This document shows positions 40,801 through 55,800 of a stretch of 64,000 bases of DNA, one piece after another. Position numbers and translations under genes: made by a program. The notes below the pieces were generated by a model. That model was not told the origin of the DNA, did not search any database, and saw only the letters and a program-made list of their open reading frames with translations. This DNA comes from Haliotis rubra (taxonomy: Eukaryota). The stretch lies in NCBI RefSeq assembly GCF_003918875.1, contig NW_025766974.1, forward strand, positions 496,001 through 560,000. The letters run 5' to 3'. The stretch's first letter is position 1. Each line of letters begins with the position of its first letter.

Positions 40801-43800
40801 TACTACAACATCACCACTGGGACCTGTGAGCCGTGCCCAATTGGAACTTACCAGAACATCACGGGCGCCTTGTCCTGCAGACTCTGCCCTCTTGGTCAAG
40901 TTACGTTTAACACAAGTGCCACATCGCATTTAGAGTGTGTAGGTGAGTGTGATTATACATCAGTGTTGCTGTGTGATATAATGTGAGCGGACCCGTGTTA
41001 TGGGGTAGCATTCTTAGAGCTGTATGTCTTACTTAATTAGCATCCCAGAAGTGGACGAGAAACACCAGAATCACGATGATCATGATGATGATGATGATGA
41101 AGATGACATTGTGTGTATTGTAGATGGATGCAATACTGTTGGTGGCTGTCAAGGTCTGTGTATTGTGGTGACTGTTCAGCTCTCCTGTGGCAGGTGATTG
41201 GAGGACTGTTGGTGGCTGTCAAGGTCTGTGTATAGTGGTGTCTGTTCAGCTCTCCTGTTGGTGGCTGTCAAGGTCAGTGTGTTCAGCTTCCTAGAGGAGG
41301 TGACTGTGTTGGTGGCTGTCAAGGTCTGTGTATTGTGGTGACTGTTCAGCTCTCCTGGCAGGTGATTGGAGGACTGTTGGGTCTGGCTGTCAAGGCTCTG
41401 TGTTTAGGAGGAGTGGTGTCTGTGGTGTCTGTTCAGCTCTCCTGATGCAGGTGTTTAGAGGACTGTTGGTGGCTGTCAAGGTCTGTGTATTGTGGTGACT
41501 GTTCAGCTCTCCTATGGCAGGTGATTGGAGGACTGTTGGTGGCTGTCAAGGTCTGTGTATTGTGGTGACTGTTCAGCTCTCCTGTGGCAGGTTTTTGAGG
41601 ACTGTTGGTGGCTGTCAAGGTCTGTGTATAGTGGTGACAGTTCAGCTCTCTCCTGATTTTTGATGGCAGGTGATAGGAGGACTGTTGGTGGCTGTCAAGG
41701 TCTGTGTATTGTGGTGACTGTTCAGCTCTCCTATGGCAGGTGACTGGAGGACTGTTGGTGGCTGTCAAGGTCTGTGTATTGTGGTGACAGTTCAGCTCTC
41801 CTGTGGCAGGTTTTTTGAGGACTGTTGGTGGCTGTCAAGGTCTGTGTATTGTGGTGACTGTTCAGCTCTCCTATGGCAGGTGATAGGAGGACTGTTGGTG
41901 GCTGTCCAGCTCTCTGTATTGTGGTGATGGTTCAGCTCTCCTGTGGCAGGTTTTTTGAGGACTGTTGGTGGCTGTCAAGGTCTGTGTATTGTGGTGACTG
42001 TTCAGCTCTCCTATGGCAGGTGATTGGAGGACTGTTGGTGGCTGTCAAGGTCTGTGTATTGTGGTGACTGTTCAGCTCTCCTATGGCAGGTGACTGGAGG
42101 ACTGTTGGTGGCTGTCAAGGTCTGTGTATTGTGGTGACTGTTCAGCTCTCCTATGGCAGGTGACTGGAGGACTGTTGGTGGCTGTCAAGGTCTGTGTATT
42201 GTGGTGACTGTTCAGCTCTCCTATGGCAGGTGATTGGAGGACTGTTGGTGGCTGTCAAGGTCTGTGTATAGTGGTGACTGTTCAGCTCTCCTATGGCAGG
42301 TGATTGGAGGACTGTTGGTGGCTGTCAAGGTCTGTGTATAGTGGTGACAGTTCAGCTCTCCTATGGCAGGTGTTTGGAGGACTGTTGGTGGCTGTCAAGG
42401 TCTGTGTATAGTGGTGACAGTTCAGCTCTCCTATGGCAGGTGTTTCGAGGACTGTTGGTGGCTGTCAAGGTCTGTGTATTGTGGTGACTGTTCAGCTCTC
42501 CTATGGCAGGTGATAGGAGGACTGTTGGTGGCTGTCCAGCTCTCTGTATTGTGGTTGTTGTCAGTTTCTCTCTTTCTTGCAGACGGATGTGAGTCGGGGG
42601 AGCAGCTGTCGATGGCAGTTGGTGGGGTATGTGTTGAGTGCCCTGTGGGAACCTACAGGGAGAACTCAGTCAACCAGGTGTGTCTCAACTGTGACCCAGG
42701 GTTCATTACACCCACCACAGCATCCAACTCATCTGCCCAGTGTACTATAGGTAAATATGGCTTCAATCTCTTCATAGATACATGTACATACAGACAGGCA
42801 CAAGCACACACAAACTTTTAGGCATAGCATTTTACTTACATTGACTATGCATAATACTATTAAAGAAAACAACCTTTTCAGATTAATATTTATCTAAACT
42901 AAATATATTAATATATATTATATATACTTCAATATTTGTTCATTTATGGCAGTATAAACAATAAAACTTTGTGTACACTGTTAGGAGACTTGGCACACAT
43001 TGTTTACAACAACAATGCAAGCCCTCACGCAAATCAGGAGTGAGTGAGTATGATTTTACGCCTCGTTTAGCAATATTCCAGCAATATCACGGTGGGGATC
43101 TTTGGCGTGATGAGCCAATGCTTTAACACTTTAACACTCCCACAAGTCAGGAGACAGAAGTTCAGATGTTGGTGTGGTCTGTTTATATATATGTATATGT
43201 CGTCTGTATGTGTCATCAGTATGTGTCTGTATGTGTCATCTGTATGTGTTTGTTGTCAGTGGCCTGTCCAGTTGGTGAGTTCCGGAATGCCAGTGAGAAC
43301 ATGTGTCAACCATGTCCACAAAATACTTACCAAGATCAGAAGTGGCAGGACAACTGTACCGCCTGTAACGACCAACACCGCACCGATGGTATCCGCTCCA
43401 CCGCTGCCACAGACTGTAAATGTGAGTGTAGCACTCGGGAACAGACTTCATAGGCCAAATCCTACACAAGTCATTGAAATTTAGAATGGAGTAATATGAA
43501 AGAATCAGACGTTGCATTACTTCTTTGTAGTTGTACATTGAAAACCCAGGATTTGTCTGATAAGCTTTAATCATTTGTCTTAGAGCAGATTTCAGTGGAC
43601 CACTTGTTGGGGTTTGATGTTCATGCATCAGGACATCATGTACTTCCATCTGTATGGTTTGACTGCCTCCACATAGCTGGAACATTGCTGAGCGTGGCAT
43701 TAAACAATACACCAACCAACCAACATGGTGTGATGAGTGTTGGTATTAAACAATACACCAACCAACCAACATGGTGTGATGAGTGTTGGCATTAAACAAT

Positions 43801-46800
43801 ACACCAACCAACCAACATGGTGTGATGAGTGTTGGTGGTATGAGTGTTGGTAAAACAATACAACCAACCAACCAACATGGTGTGATGAGTGTTGGGTATA
43901 TGGTAAAGTGTTGGTATTAAACAATACACCAACCAACCAACATGGTGTGATGAGTGTTGGTATTACCAACAATGGTGTGATGAGTGTTGGTATTAAACAA
44001 TACACCAACCAACCAACATGGTGTGATGAGTGTTGGTATTAAACAATACACCAACCAACCAACATGGTGTGATGAGTGTTGGCATTAAACAATACACCAA
44101 CCAACCAACATGGTGTGATGAGTGTTGGTATTAAACAATACACCAACCAACCAACATGGTGTGATGGTGTGATGAGTGTTTGTATTAAACAATACACCAA
44201 CCAATGGTGTGATGAGTGTTGGTATTAAACAATACCAACATGGTGTGATGAGTGTTGGTATTAAACAATACACCAACCAACCAACATGGTGTGATGAGTG
44301 TTGGTATTAAACAATACACCAACCAACCAACATGGTGTGATGAGTGTTGGTATTAAACAATACACCAACCAACCAACATGGTGTGATGAGTGTTGGTATT
44401 AAACAATACACCAACCAACCAACATGGTGTGAGTGTGATGAGTGTTGGTGGTGTGATGAGTGTTGGTATTAAACAATACACCAACCAACCAACATGGTGT
44501 GATGAGTGTTGGTATTAAACAATACACAACCAATACACCAACCAACCATGGTGTGATGAGTGTGATGAGTATTAAACAATACACCAACCAACCAACATGG
44601 TGTGATGAGTGTTGGTAGTACACCAACCAACCAACATGGTGTGATGAGTGTAAACAATACACCCAACCAACATGGTGTGATGAGTGGTGGTATTAACAAC
44701 CAACCAACATGGTGTGATGAGTGTTGGTATTAAACAATACACCAACCAACCAACATGGTGTGATGAGTGTTGGTATTAAACAATACACCAACCAACCAAC
44801 ATGGTGTGATGAGTGTTGGTATTAAACAATACACCAACCAACCAACATGGTGTGATGAGTGTTGGTATTAAACAATACACCAACCAACCAACATGGTGTG
44901 ATGAGTGTTTGTATTAAACAATACACCAACCAACCAACATGGTGTGATGAGGGTTGGTATTAAACAATACACCAACCAACCAACATGGTGTGATGAGTGT
45001 TGGTATTAAACAATACACCAACCAACCAACCAACATGGTGTGATGAGTGTTGGTATTTAACAATACACCAACCAACCAACATGTTGATCAGTCTTTGGTG
45101 TGATGAGTGTTGGTATTTAACAATACACCAACCAACCAACATGTGTTCAGTCTTTTGTGAGTCTGGGTTTGAGCCTGTGGACAACACAAGATGCAGAGAG
45201 TGCCCCATCGGCACATACAAGGACTTCACCGTGGACCCCTATGGCAGCTGTCTACCCTGTAGTGGCAACTTTATCACTGCCTCAAATGGCACAACATCGG
45301 TGGCTGGGTGCTCAGTTGGTACGTTTCCATCTCAGAATGGGGGTTACAGTGGTTTCTACACTTCTGGGTCACATTGGCACTTCTTAGACATCACCTGTGC
45401 AGAGTTATACCCCTTACCCGTTACAGGATTCATGATTTGAATCATAGATTTGCTTTGTTCAGGGTCTGTACCATGCCCAGTGTTACAGGATTCATGGTTT
45501 AAATCATATATCATAGATTTGCGTTGTTCAGGGTCTGTACCATGCCCAGTGCTAACTTGAGCCTATTCCCTAGTCCCCATGCAACCATGAGGTAATTGGG
45601 CGCCCATAATGGCTGCCGGGTATTCCATACATGAGAGGAAACTAAATTCATAGCTGATTTACTTTTTTGTAAATTGAATATGTGTGTGTGTTCTTGATGG
45701 GATGGTGGTTATATAGTGCATACTAGTGTTGGGAATTGGTTATAATCTCATATTCGATGATTGGTCCGTTACAACTGATCAATCATCAAAAATAATTGGT
45801 TAGCGTCATTTATCAAATGTTCCTGTTATCTTTGTTAATGCACACAAAAAATAAAGAAAAAACATGTAGTAATTTGGGGTTTTGCAAATTGCACAAAATC
45901 CAATGGCAAATTTTGCATATTTAAAGGATGATTAGTATGTTAGGAACACAGATTTCCTGGATTCTTTAAGATAAATTCAATCATGGCTTGGAATGAGCAT
46001 GTAGTGTTTATAAAATGTCAATTTAATGACACAGACAAAACCAACCTTGTGCAAAATATTGTTGATGCAAACAAGTGTTCCAAAATTGGTTGTGTTCGAT
46101 TATGAGAAAACACAATCGATTGTTTGGTCGTTTAGGCACTGCGACCAATCTCGATTATTTCAATTAATCAGACCACCACGAGTGCATACCACAGTTTAAC
46201 ATGGATACACAACTCAGACACTGTGTGTTGGCTCCCAGCCATGGGATACTGGTTATATAGTGCATACCACAGTTTAACACGGATATGCAACGCAGACACT
46301 GTAAATTGACTCCCAGCCATGGGATGTGGGTTATATAGTGCATACCACAGTTTAACATAGATACACAACTCAGTCACTGTGTTGACTCCCAGCCATGGGA
46401 TGTTGGTTATATAGTGCATACCACAGTTTAACACGGATACGCAACTCAGACACTGTGTGTTGACTCCCAGCCATGGGATGCAGGTTATATAGTGCATACC
46501 ACAGTTTAACACGGATACACAACTCAGACACTGTGTGTTGACTCCCAGCCATGGGATGCAGGTTATATAGTGCATACCACAGTTTAACACGGATACACAA
46601 CTCAGACACTGTGTGTTGACTCCCAGCCATGGGATGCAGGTTTTATAGTGCATACCACAGTTTAACACGGATACACAACTCAGACACTGTGTGTTGACTC
46701 CCAGCCATGGGATGCAGGTTATATAGTGCATACCACAGTTTAACACGGATACACAACTCAGACACTGTGTGTTGACTCCCAGCCATGGGATGTGGGTTAT

Positions 46801-49800
46801 ATAGTGCATACCACAGTTTAACACGGATATGCAACGCAGACACTGTGTGTTGACTCCCAGCCATGGGATACTGGTTATATAGTGCATACCACAGTTTAAC
46901 ACGGATACACAACTCAGACACTGTGTGTTGACTCCCAGCCATGGGATGCGGGTTATATAGTGCATACCACAGTTTAACACGGATACACAACTCAGACACT
47001 GTGTGTTGACTCCCAGCCATGGGATGCGGGTTATAAAGTGCATACCACAGTTTTATATGGATTTCTAAGATGCCTAGCGGTTAGAACAATCGAAAAAAAA
47101 TTACATTATCAGACAATAAAGGTATAGTTTTTTGATGACGTAACAATGGAATGACATTATCCCGCCACTGCGCCATTCTTGTGTGCCCCTCGTGATCGAA
47201 CCATTTTACATTACGTTCACAATGTAGCGGCGGGGACACGATGCATGTCAGTTGTCATCGCCGCCGTGCGACGCCTCCTACAGTAAACTACACCGTTGCA
47301 TCCAGTTTCTTGGTTTGCTGTTGCTTCACGCAGCTAACATCACTGGTGGAAACATTACGTTTATGTTTTACGACGGTTAAAATGTCTCATTTCGACTTTC
47401 AGCGACACGGTAACGTTCGTAATGTTTCCATTCCCACAATGCAATTGTGGAATGTCGCTTGACTACTCAACTTCCTCTGGATGTACTGATCTAAACTTAC
47501 GCTGGTAGTAGAAATGCAACGTTCATATTGCCCCATATGGTTTACGTTAATGACAGTTGTAATTAAAATAATTCAGAGAAGATATTTAATCCGAACATAA
47601 CCGTCATCAAACTGTTATCATTTGTTTTTTCTGGTAACGTTCGCCTTAACGTAGGGGGGCAGACACATCAATAGAACAGCGCACCAGTTAGCCCTGTGCG
47701 AGGATTCTTAATTTAGGTCACCGACACCGTCGTTTGTTTTCTGCCTTAAATTAATCGTAATTATCTTTAGAAAGTATTAAATTTGGCATCTTAGAAAAAG
47801 AAATACACTTCGCCCTACCACCATGTATAGTGTAATAAAACACACTTTAAGCCTGAACTATTATAACGTTAAAGCACTCGGACGGAAGCAGCTTCGTGCT
47901 TTAACTATAATAGTTCAGGGCAAAAGTGTGTTTTATTACACTATACATGGTGGTAGAGCGAAGTGTATTTCTTAAACGCAACTCAGACACTGTGTGTTGA
48001 CTCCCAGCCATGGGATGCAGGTTATATAGTGCATACCACAGTTTAACACGGATACACAACTCAGACACTGTGTATTGATGCCCAGCCAACCAGTCCTTGT
48101 TTCATCTACTTAATGCTATACACCAGGCAGGGTAACATCAAATACCATCTTGTAGCATGTTTTGCTGTGATACAGCCAGGTTTTTACCATCAACCATTTG
48201 CATCCTAGGCCGATTTATACAGTGAGTAAAGCTATACAAAGTGATGGTTAAAAATGTAGACAATGTGTTGTATTTTCAGTGAACTGTCCTCCTGGGCTGT
48301 TCCAGTCCAATGCTTCATCCACACAGTGTGACCTCTGTCCCAGGGGTCCTACCAGCCACAGGCCGCCCAGCAGGACTGTCTGCCATGTGGTGACAACGAG
48401 ACAACAGTGCTGATGGGTAGCAAGCTGCAGACTGACTGCACAGGTGAGCTGTCATCCTCTCAGTCATCAAATGTGCAACAAACAAGACTGAGATGGGCCA
48501 ATAAGAGATAGTTCCCCCCTTTAATGCAAGTCAGTGCTAAAGGGCACAAATGATATTGGTAAAAGTAGAGAGTGTCTTTTTATGTCGGCTATATTAACAT
48601 AAGTCAATAGCCATCAGAATTTTACACTTTTATCATTTGGGTGAGATTCTATTTGTTATCTAACTATGTTCTTAATTCCTCACTTGTTAGGGTTATAAAC
48701 AGTAATATACAGTGTCTTGAATGTAGAAAGAACAGCCAACCAGCAACAGCTGCCAGCCACAGGCCATCATGGTAACTGATGATGTCACAAGTCTGAAGTC
48801 ATTGTGATTCAATTTCATTGCATTGATCTGCCAGGAGAGATCATCTGAATTGTTCCGAGCCTCATCACCTGTCGAAGCCAGTTTTTTATAATAAAAGAAC
48901 TGAGACAAGCAATATACTATATGATGCAGTGTTAGTAAGTGTGCCAAGGCTGCCCTGGAGTTGGGTGCTATAGTATTGAATCAATGGACCTCAAAACTTA
49001 AAGGGGCGGTGGGGGTAGCCTAGTGGTTAAAGCGTTGGCTCGTCACGCCGAAAACCCGGGTTCGAATCCCCACATGGGTACAATGTGTGAAGCCTATTTC
49101 TGGTATCCCCTGCCGTGATGTTGCTTGAATATTGCTAAAAGCAGCGTAAAACCAAACTCAGTCAGTCAAAACTTAAAACATTATTTGTCTATGACAAGGA
49201 CTCGCCACAGGCTGTTTGTACAACACTATGGTGTATAACTGTTTCCGTATTGCAGTGTTCTGCCCATCTGGCCAGGAGGTTGTGGGTGGCGAGTGTCGGC
49301 CCTGTGACCAAGGCTTCTACAAGAACAACTCCCAGGGCCTGCTGTCCATGTGTGTGCAGTGTCCAGAAGGATACATCACTCCTGGTACTGGAGCAGAGTC
49401 TGTTGGGGAATGCACTGTAGGTGAGTGAGACATCTGTTCGTTCCTCTGCCAGGCCTGATTTGTTCTTTGGATCCTACCCTTATAGTCCCTGAAGAAAGAC
49501 ATCAGGTGTTATGTAAAATCAATGACTGTTGTTGTAATAATTTCTTTACAGGCTCTTTGTAATTTGAATACATGTGAGGCAATTGTTTAATTGTGTGTTT
49601 TTTGCAACCAGGGAATTGTTCAGCAGGCACACGGTTTGTGGCAGGACCTACTCCCACATGTGAGATGTGTCCTGAAGGGGAGTACCAGCCTCAGCCATAC
49701 CAGAACTCCTGTCTGATATGTGACGCTAACACAACCACTACCAGCACCGGATCAACATCAGACACACAGTGTCTCAGTACGTTGTAGTACTCTCACAAGT

Positions 49801-52800
49801 ATTAACACTAAATCTACACGAGACACACAGTGTTTCAGAGAGTAGTGGTTCTCAGAGTGTCTCCTCAGCTATTAACATCTACATCAGACACATTGTCTCA
49901 GTGTGTAGTACTACTCTGTCTCCTGAACTATTAACACTGGATCTACATCAGACACACAGTGTCTCAGTGTGTAGTACTACTCTGTCTCCTGAACTATTAA
50001 CACTGGATCTACAAGTGACTCAGTATGTAGTACTACTCCGTCTTCTCAACTATTAACACTGGATCTACGTCTGACACACAGTGTCTCAGTATGTACTACT
50101 ACTCTGTCTCCCTAACTATTAACACTGGATCTACGTCAGACACACAGTGTCTCCGTGTGTACTACTACTCTGTCTCCCTAACTATTAACACTGGATCTAT
50201 GTCAGACTCACAGTGTCTCAGTATGTAGTACTACTGAACTATTAACTCTGGATCTACATCAGACACACAGTGTCTCAGTATGTAGTACTACTCTGTCTCC
50301 TGAACTATTAACACTGGATCTACAAGTGTCTCAGTATGTAGTACTACTCTGTCTCCTCAACTATTAACACTGGATCTACGTCAGACACATATTGTGTCAG
50401 ATTGTAGTACTAATCTGTCTCCTGAAATATTAACACTGAATCTTCAAGTGTCTCAGTATGTACTACTACTCTCTCTCTTCAACTATTAACACTGGATCTA
50501 CGTCAGACACACAGTGTCTCAGTATGTAGTACTACTCTGACTCCTGAACTATTAACACTGGATCTACATCAGACACACAGTGTCTCAGTATGTAGTACTA
50601 CTCTGTCTCCTGAACTATTAACACTGGATCTACAAGTGTCTCAGTTTGTAGTACTACTCTGTCTCCTCAACTATTAGCACTGGATCTACATCAGACACAT
50701 TGTCTCAGATTGTAGTACTACTCTGTCTCCTGAACTATTAACACTGGATCTACATCAGACACATTGTCTCAGATTGTAGTACTACTCTGTCTCCTGAACT
50801 ATTAACACTGGATCTACAAGTGTCTCAGTATGTAGTACTACTCTGTCTCCTGAACTATTAACACTGGATCTACATCAGACACATTGTCTCAGATTGTAGT
50901 ACTACTCTGTCTCCTGAACTATTAACACTGGATCTACAAGTGTCTCAGTATGTAGTACTACTCTGTCTCCTGAACTATTAACACTGGATCTACATCAGAC
51001 ACACAGTGTCTCAGTATGTAGTACTACTCTGTCTCTTCCTCTATTAACACTGGATCTACGTCAGACACACAGTGTCTCAGTATGTAGTACTACTCTGTCT
51101 CCTGAACTATTAACACTGGATCTACAAGTGTCTCAGTATGAAGTACTACTCTGTCTCCTGAACTATTAACACTGGATCTACATCAGACACACGCGTCTCA
51201 GTATGTAGTACTACTCTGTCTCTTCAACTATTAACACTGGATCTGCAATAGACAGACAGACAGTGTCTCAGTATGTAGTACTACTCTGTCTCCTGAACTA
51301 TTAACACTGGATCTACATCAGACACACAGTGTCTCAGTATGTAGTACTACTCTGTCTCATCAACTATTAACACTGGATCTACAATAGACAGACAGTGTCT
51401 CAATATGTAGTACTACTCTGTGTCCTCAACTATTTACACTGGCTACACATTAGACAGTCAGTGTCTCAGTATGTAGTAGTACCCCAAACACTGGTTCTTC
51501 TTCAGAGACACAGTATCAGATATATATTCCAGTCTCCTCCACTAGCAGCTCTGGATTAACCACAGATATTGTGTTTCAGTTTGTAGTCCACTGTCCACTT
51601 CTAACTAACATGGATCTACTCCAGCACACAGTGCCTTAGTACATAGTTTTGTCTTCTCAACTAAAAGCTCAGGAGTAACATCGACAGTGCCTGAGGTTTT
51701 AGTCCCCAGTTGATTCTAAGAGAACTTGATCTGCACCAGACACACAGTGCCTTTGTATATATTCCAGTCTCCTTGACTAACAGTTCTGGATTAACCTCAG
51801 ATACAGTTTCTCCATATATACTCAACAAGAAAGTTAAGGACCGCCCCAATTTTCAGTATCAAAGTATTAAATAGTTCATATCATGATCCATACAATACTG
51901 AAATATTGAATATTGGGGTGGTCCTTAACTTTTTGTGTTGAGTATATATTGCTCCTGCTCTCCTGCAATGGGACACCGATCCGAGTCTGTGAAGGGCAGT
52001 AGACAAGTAGCATGAGGAGTCTGTTGTGCCTCCTGACACTGTAGTGTTATTCTTTGTACTTTGTGTTTCCAGAGTTTTGTCCATCAGGACAGGAGCTTGC
52101 TGACTCTTTCAACTGCTCCTTGTGCAGCCTGGGGACATACAAGGACAACAGTGCCGGGGTGTTTCTACCATGCCAGACCTGCCCCGCAGAGTTCACCACA
52201 TCCACGATGGGAGCCACCTCTGCAGCTGATTGTAGTCTCAGTGAGTGGAAGTCATCATACCAATTCATTGTGGACTCTGGACACAAATATCTTAACATTT
52301 TCTAGAAACTTTAGAAAATTGAATAAGAACATAAGTGTATGTCATCTTCATTGCCATGACATACAAATACCATATTTGCCATATTGAGCACCCCACCTTC
52401 AGAATCTTGCACTATACATGGTGAATACGTGTTCAGAAAACTGCAGTGCTGGTTTCTATGTGGACACTGGAACCAATATGTGCATGGAGTGCCGTGTGGG
52501 TGAATACCAGCCTCTCCCTGCCCAGGTGGAGTGTCTGCAGTGTCCTGACAACACGTCAACTACTGGCCTAGCAACTACCTCCATGGCTGAATGTCGCTGT
52601 AAGTCTTGCAGAATGTTTTATACATCTTATTCATTCTATGAACATCTTCACCCAGGTAATGAACAATTATCTATATTCCAGAAGGCCTTCATGTTAATTT
52701 GTTTAAGTTTGTTTTGGGTATTATTGACTGTTTTGACTATTGACTGTAAATACCCGCGGTAATATCATTTTAGTCTCCAGTCTATTTCTGCCTCCCTGAT

Positions 52801-55800
52801 TAAGTGCCATCATCACTTGTGTATGTATATATGAAGTGCTATGATCAACCAGTTATTGACTTGCTAGTAGATGCATCATGTATTGACTTATTATAAACTA
52901 TACTGAACAAAATAAGTAAGGGATATTGGTATTTTTATGATTGATATTTTATCAGTGTGTCAATTAGGAGATAAACATCATGTGTTGGCCAATTTCCGGG
53001 TGTAATTGAGTACTGTATTTGAAGCACGGGAATTCATATGGAACCGACGACGTCAGCCAGAGGTTTCAAATGGAATATTCCCGTGCTTCATATACTCAAT
53101 AACACCCGAAATTGGCCAACGATGATGTTTATCGACATTGTAAACACAAAAGTAAACCAAAAGGTCCACACGTTTTTGTGTCTGCACTCATTGACATCGT
53201 GGTAATGCGAATTTACAGCAGTGAAATGTCATCAACCGCTATTTCGGGCTGTCTCTCATGGTAGCATCTGAACTGCTCATTTGTGACGCCTTCGACTTTA
53301 CATCACAATATGATTTGAATAACGCCATCACAGCTGACGAAGTAACAATACAATGGTGTGAGCCGATGTTTTATGTATTAATACGCTGTGAATTTCGGGG
53401 AATCGAATACCATTCGTGACAGTTTTTTACAATGAATAAATAGATCATTATTCATAATTTCAAAATTCACATATATCCCTATATTTGTCCAGTATATTAT
53501 TTTCATATATTTCTAATATATAGGAACATAATAATGGTTCACAACATAAACACTTATTGAATCATTTTTACATGATATTAGTTTCTTGATTCATGCAACA
53601 TTTCCTGTTGGAATGTAGTGAGCTGCAGTGAGGGTCTGGAAGATCGCAGCGACGTATGTGTGCCGTGTTTGATTGGCTTCTACAAGAACGTCACCAGCGT
53701 GGGGCAGTGTGAGGCGTGTCCGCCGGGATTCAGGACTGCCACTGAAGGAGCCACATCTGAGTCGGACTGTAATGTGGGTATGTACACTCTACACACAGTG
53801 CTTCATTTAGTTCCAGTCATGTAAGGCTGTGTTATCACTGTGCACGTTAGAGGAAGCAAGTGTCATTCAAGACACCACACTTTGTTGTGTAGAGTTGCTG
53901 GAACAATGGTGGGTTCAGATCCCAATATTTGTCCTGATTAATATTCTTGGTTTGTCATCACAATACCCCGGGTTTTGTCGGTTTCACCAAAGTTGTAACA
54001 TCTGTATCGCTGACATGTGAGGAATACAGTTGGGTGCTGCGTGAGGTTAACCCAGCTAACTTGATCACTAGGGCGGGGCAGGGTAACCCAGATACCCAGG
54101 ATGGGTGGGTAATGAGTTGGTCCCGGGTACCCGTCTCAATACCCGGAACTGTTATGAACATGTGACTAATAGATTAAACAATGTAATATGTTATTCTTTC
54201 ATGATTAAAAGGTTGTATCGTCTTTGAAGATTTAGACATTATTTACAGTCCCTTCTTTATGATGGTTAAGATAATGAAAAACTTGAAATTTTAGCTTCCG
54301 AGCTGAAGAATATATTGCCATTTCTTGCAAATTTGATGTCAGGAATTAACATAAGGAGTACCCGCGTAGAAACTTTGGACCTGTCCCAGCACTATTGATC
54401 ACTCATTCTGAAGGATGGACATGTCATTATGTACAAGCACAGCAGTGTCAAATACTTTCTCAGTTGTAGAATTCATTCTGAACTGCACCATTGGCACATT
54501 TTATTTTCAAATGGCAGACGTTGAAATTTCAGAAAGGTCATAATGGTGCACCATGCTTAAATCAATTCCAGTCTAATAAAATACAGTACATGTCTACCGA
54601 AACTATGACAATGTGAATATTGACTGTAACCTTGTTAACTTTAAGAAATCATTTACTCTCAAAACTGCATCACATGGTTAGCCACTGCCTCTGTGGCTTC
54701 GAATTGCGCTGTAACACCTTTTTAATTATACACATGAAATGCTGATAGGTAGGGCACTAAAACAATTCTATATTCAGATTGAAGTTTGGTTCATGTCACC
54801 AGTAGCTAATCACAGAAAGAAAGAAATTATATGACTTTATGACTCAGATTTTCTGACTGGCCTACATTTAGGTGGTTGGTTATATGGTCCCCACCTTGTA
54901 TCTAGTTCAGAATCACCTCTGCATTTGTGTAGAATAAGAAGCTACACTGTGATGTGTCTGTTCAGATCTGGTGGCCCAGATTGTGGTGTTTCAAGTAAGA
55001 TCGAACTTTCTTGATATTTCAGCGGGATGTGAGCCTGGGTCATATTTGGACACTGGGAATGGTCAGTGTACACTCTGTGTGGAAGGAAGTTATCAGCCCC
55101 AGAAGTGGCAGGACTCCTGTTTGCCCTGCACCCAAGGGCTTATCACCCTCACCCCCGGGGCTGTCACTGAGGACCAGTGTGTGTGTGAGTGAGATCCTTG
55201 TACAAACATGAAAACACATTGACTGTGTAATATGGTAACACCAGACTGTCATTAACACAGACTAGGAAGTCGTGGTCAGCATAGCTACTACATATATGTA
55301 CCCCAGGTGTGTTTCGCTATACAGAAATGCCTAGTATCAGAATACAAAACAGTACCATCTACTGTAAGTCGTCCTTCCTGTCCATGTTGTACTTACGGTT
55401 TCCTGATTATGAATGCATGCTGTGCATTAGGTATGTAATCAGGGGTGGAAGTAACTTTAAAATTGCTAGTGTAGTCCGGTACAGTGGCACATGTAAAATC
55501 ACTTGCCCTGATCATTTTGCCTCTATTACCGTCCGTTTTCTTGGATTTTAAAATAAACAACATAATTAACAGTGGAAAGTCAACTGGACAACGGTGTGTG
55601 TGTACAAATTTTCGATGTCAAATGGGTTATTTCCACCCCTGTACATATGCCCCCTGAGTAGCAGGCTGGAATAATTACCTCATGGTTTTACAGTTCTGAT
55701 CCTGTCATGTTTGATGTCAAGGAATTGTACAATGGAGATGGTCTCATCTAATTCTGTATACAGGAACATATCTGGTTGACATATACGTATACCTGTGCCA

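Noticed and set aside
19408-48346. Pseudogene call based on frameshifts at about 19410 (+1) and 48345 (-1)
   Set aside because: Both lie in G homopolymers typical of long-read error; the other exons keep intact frames, cysteines and mostly canonical splice sites.
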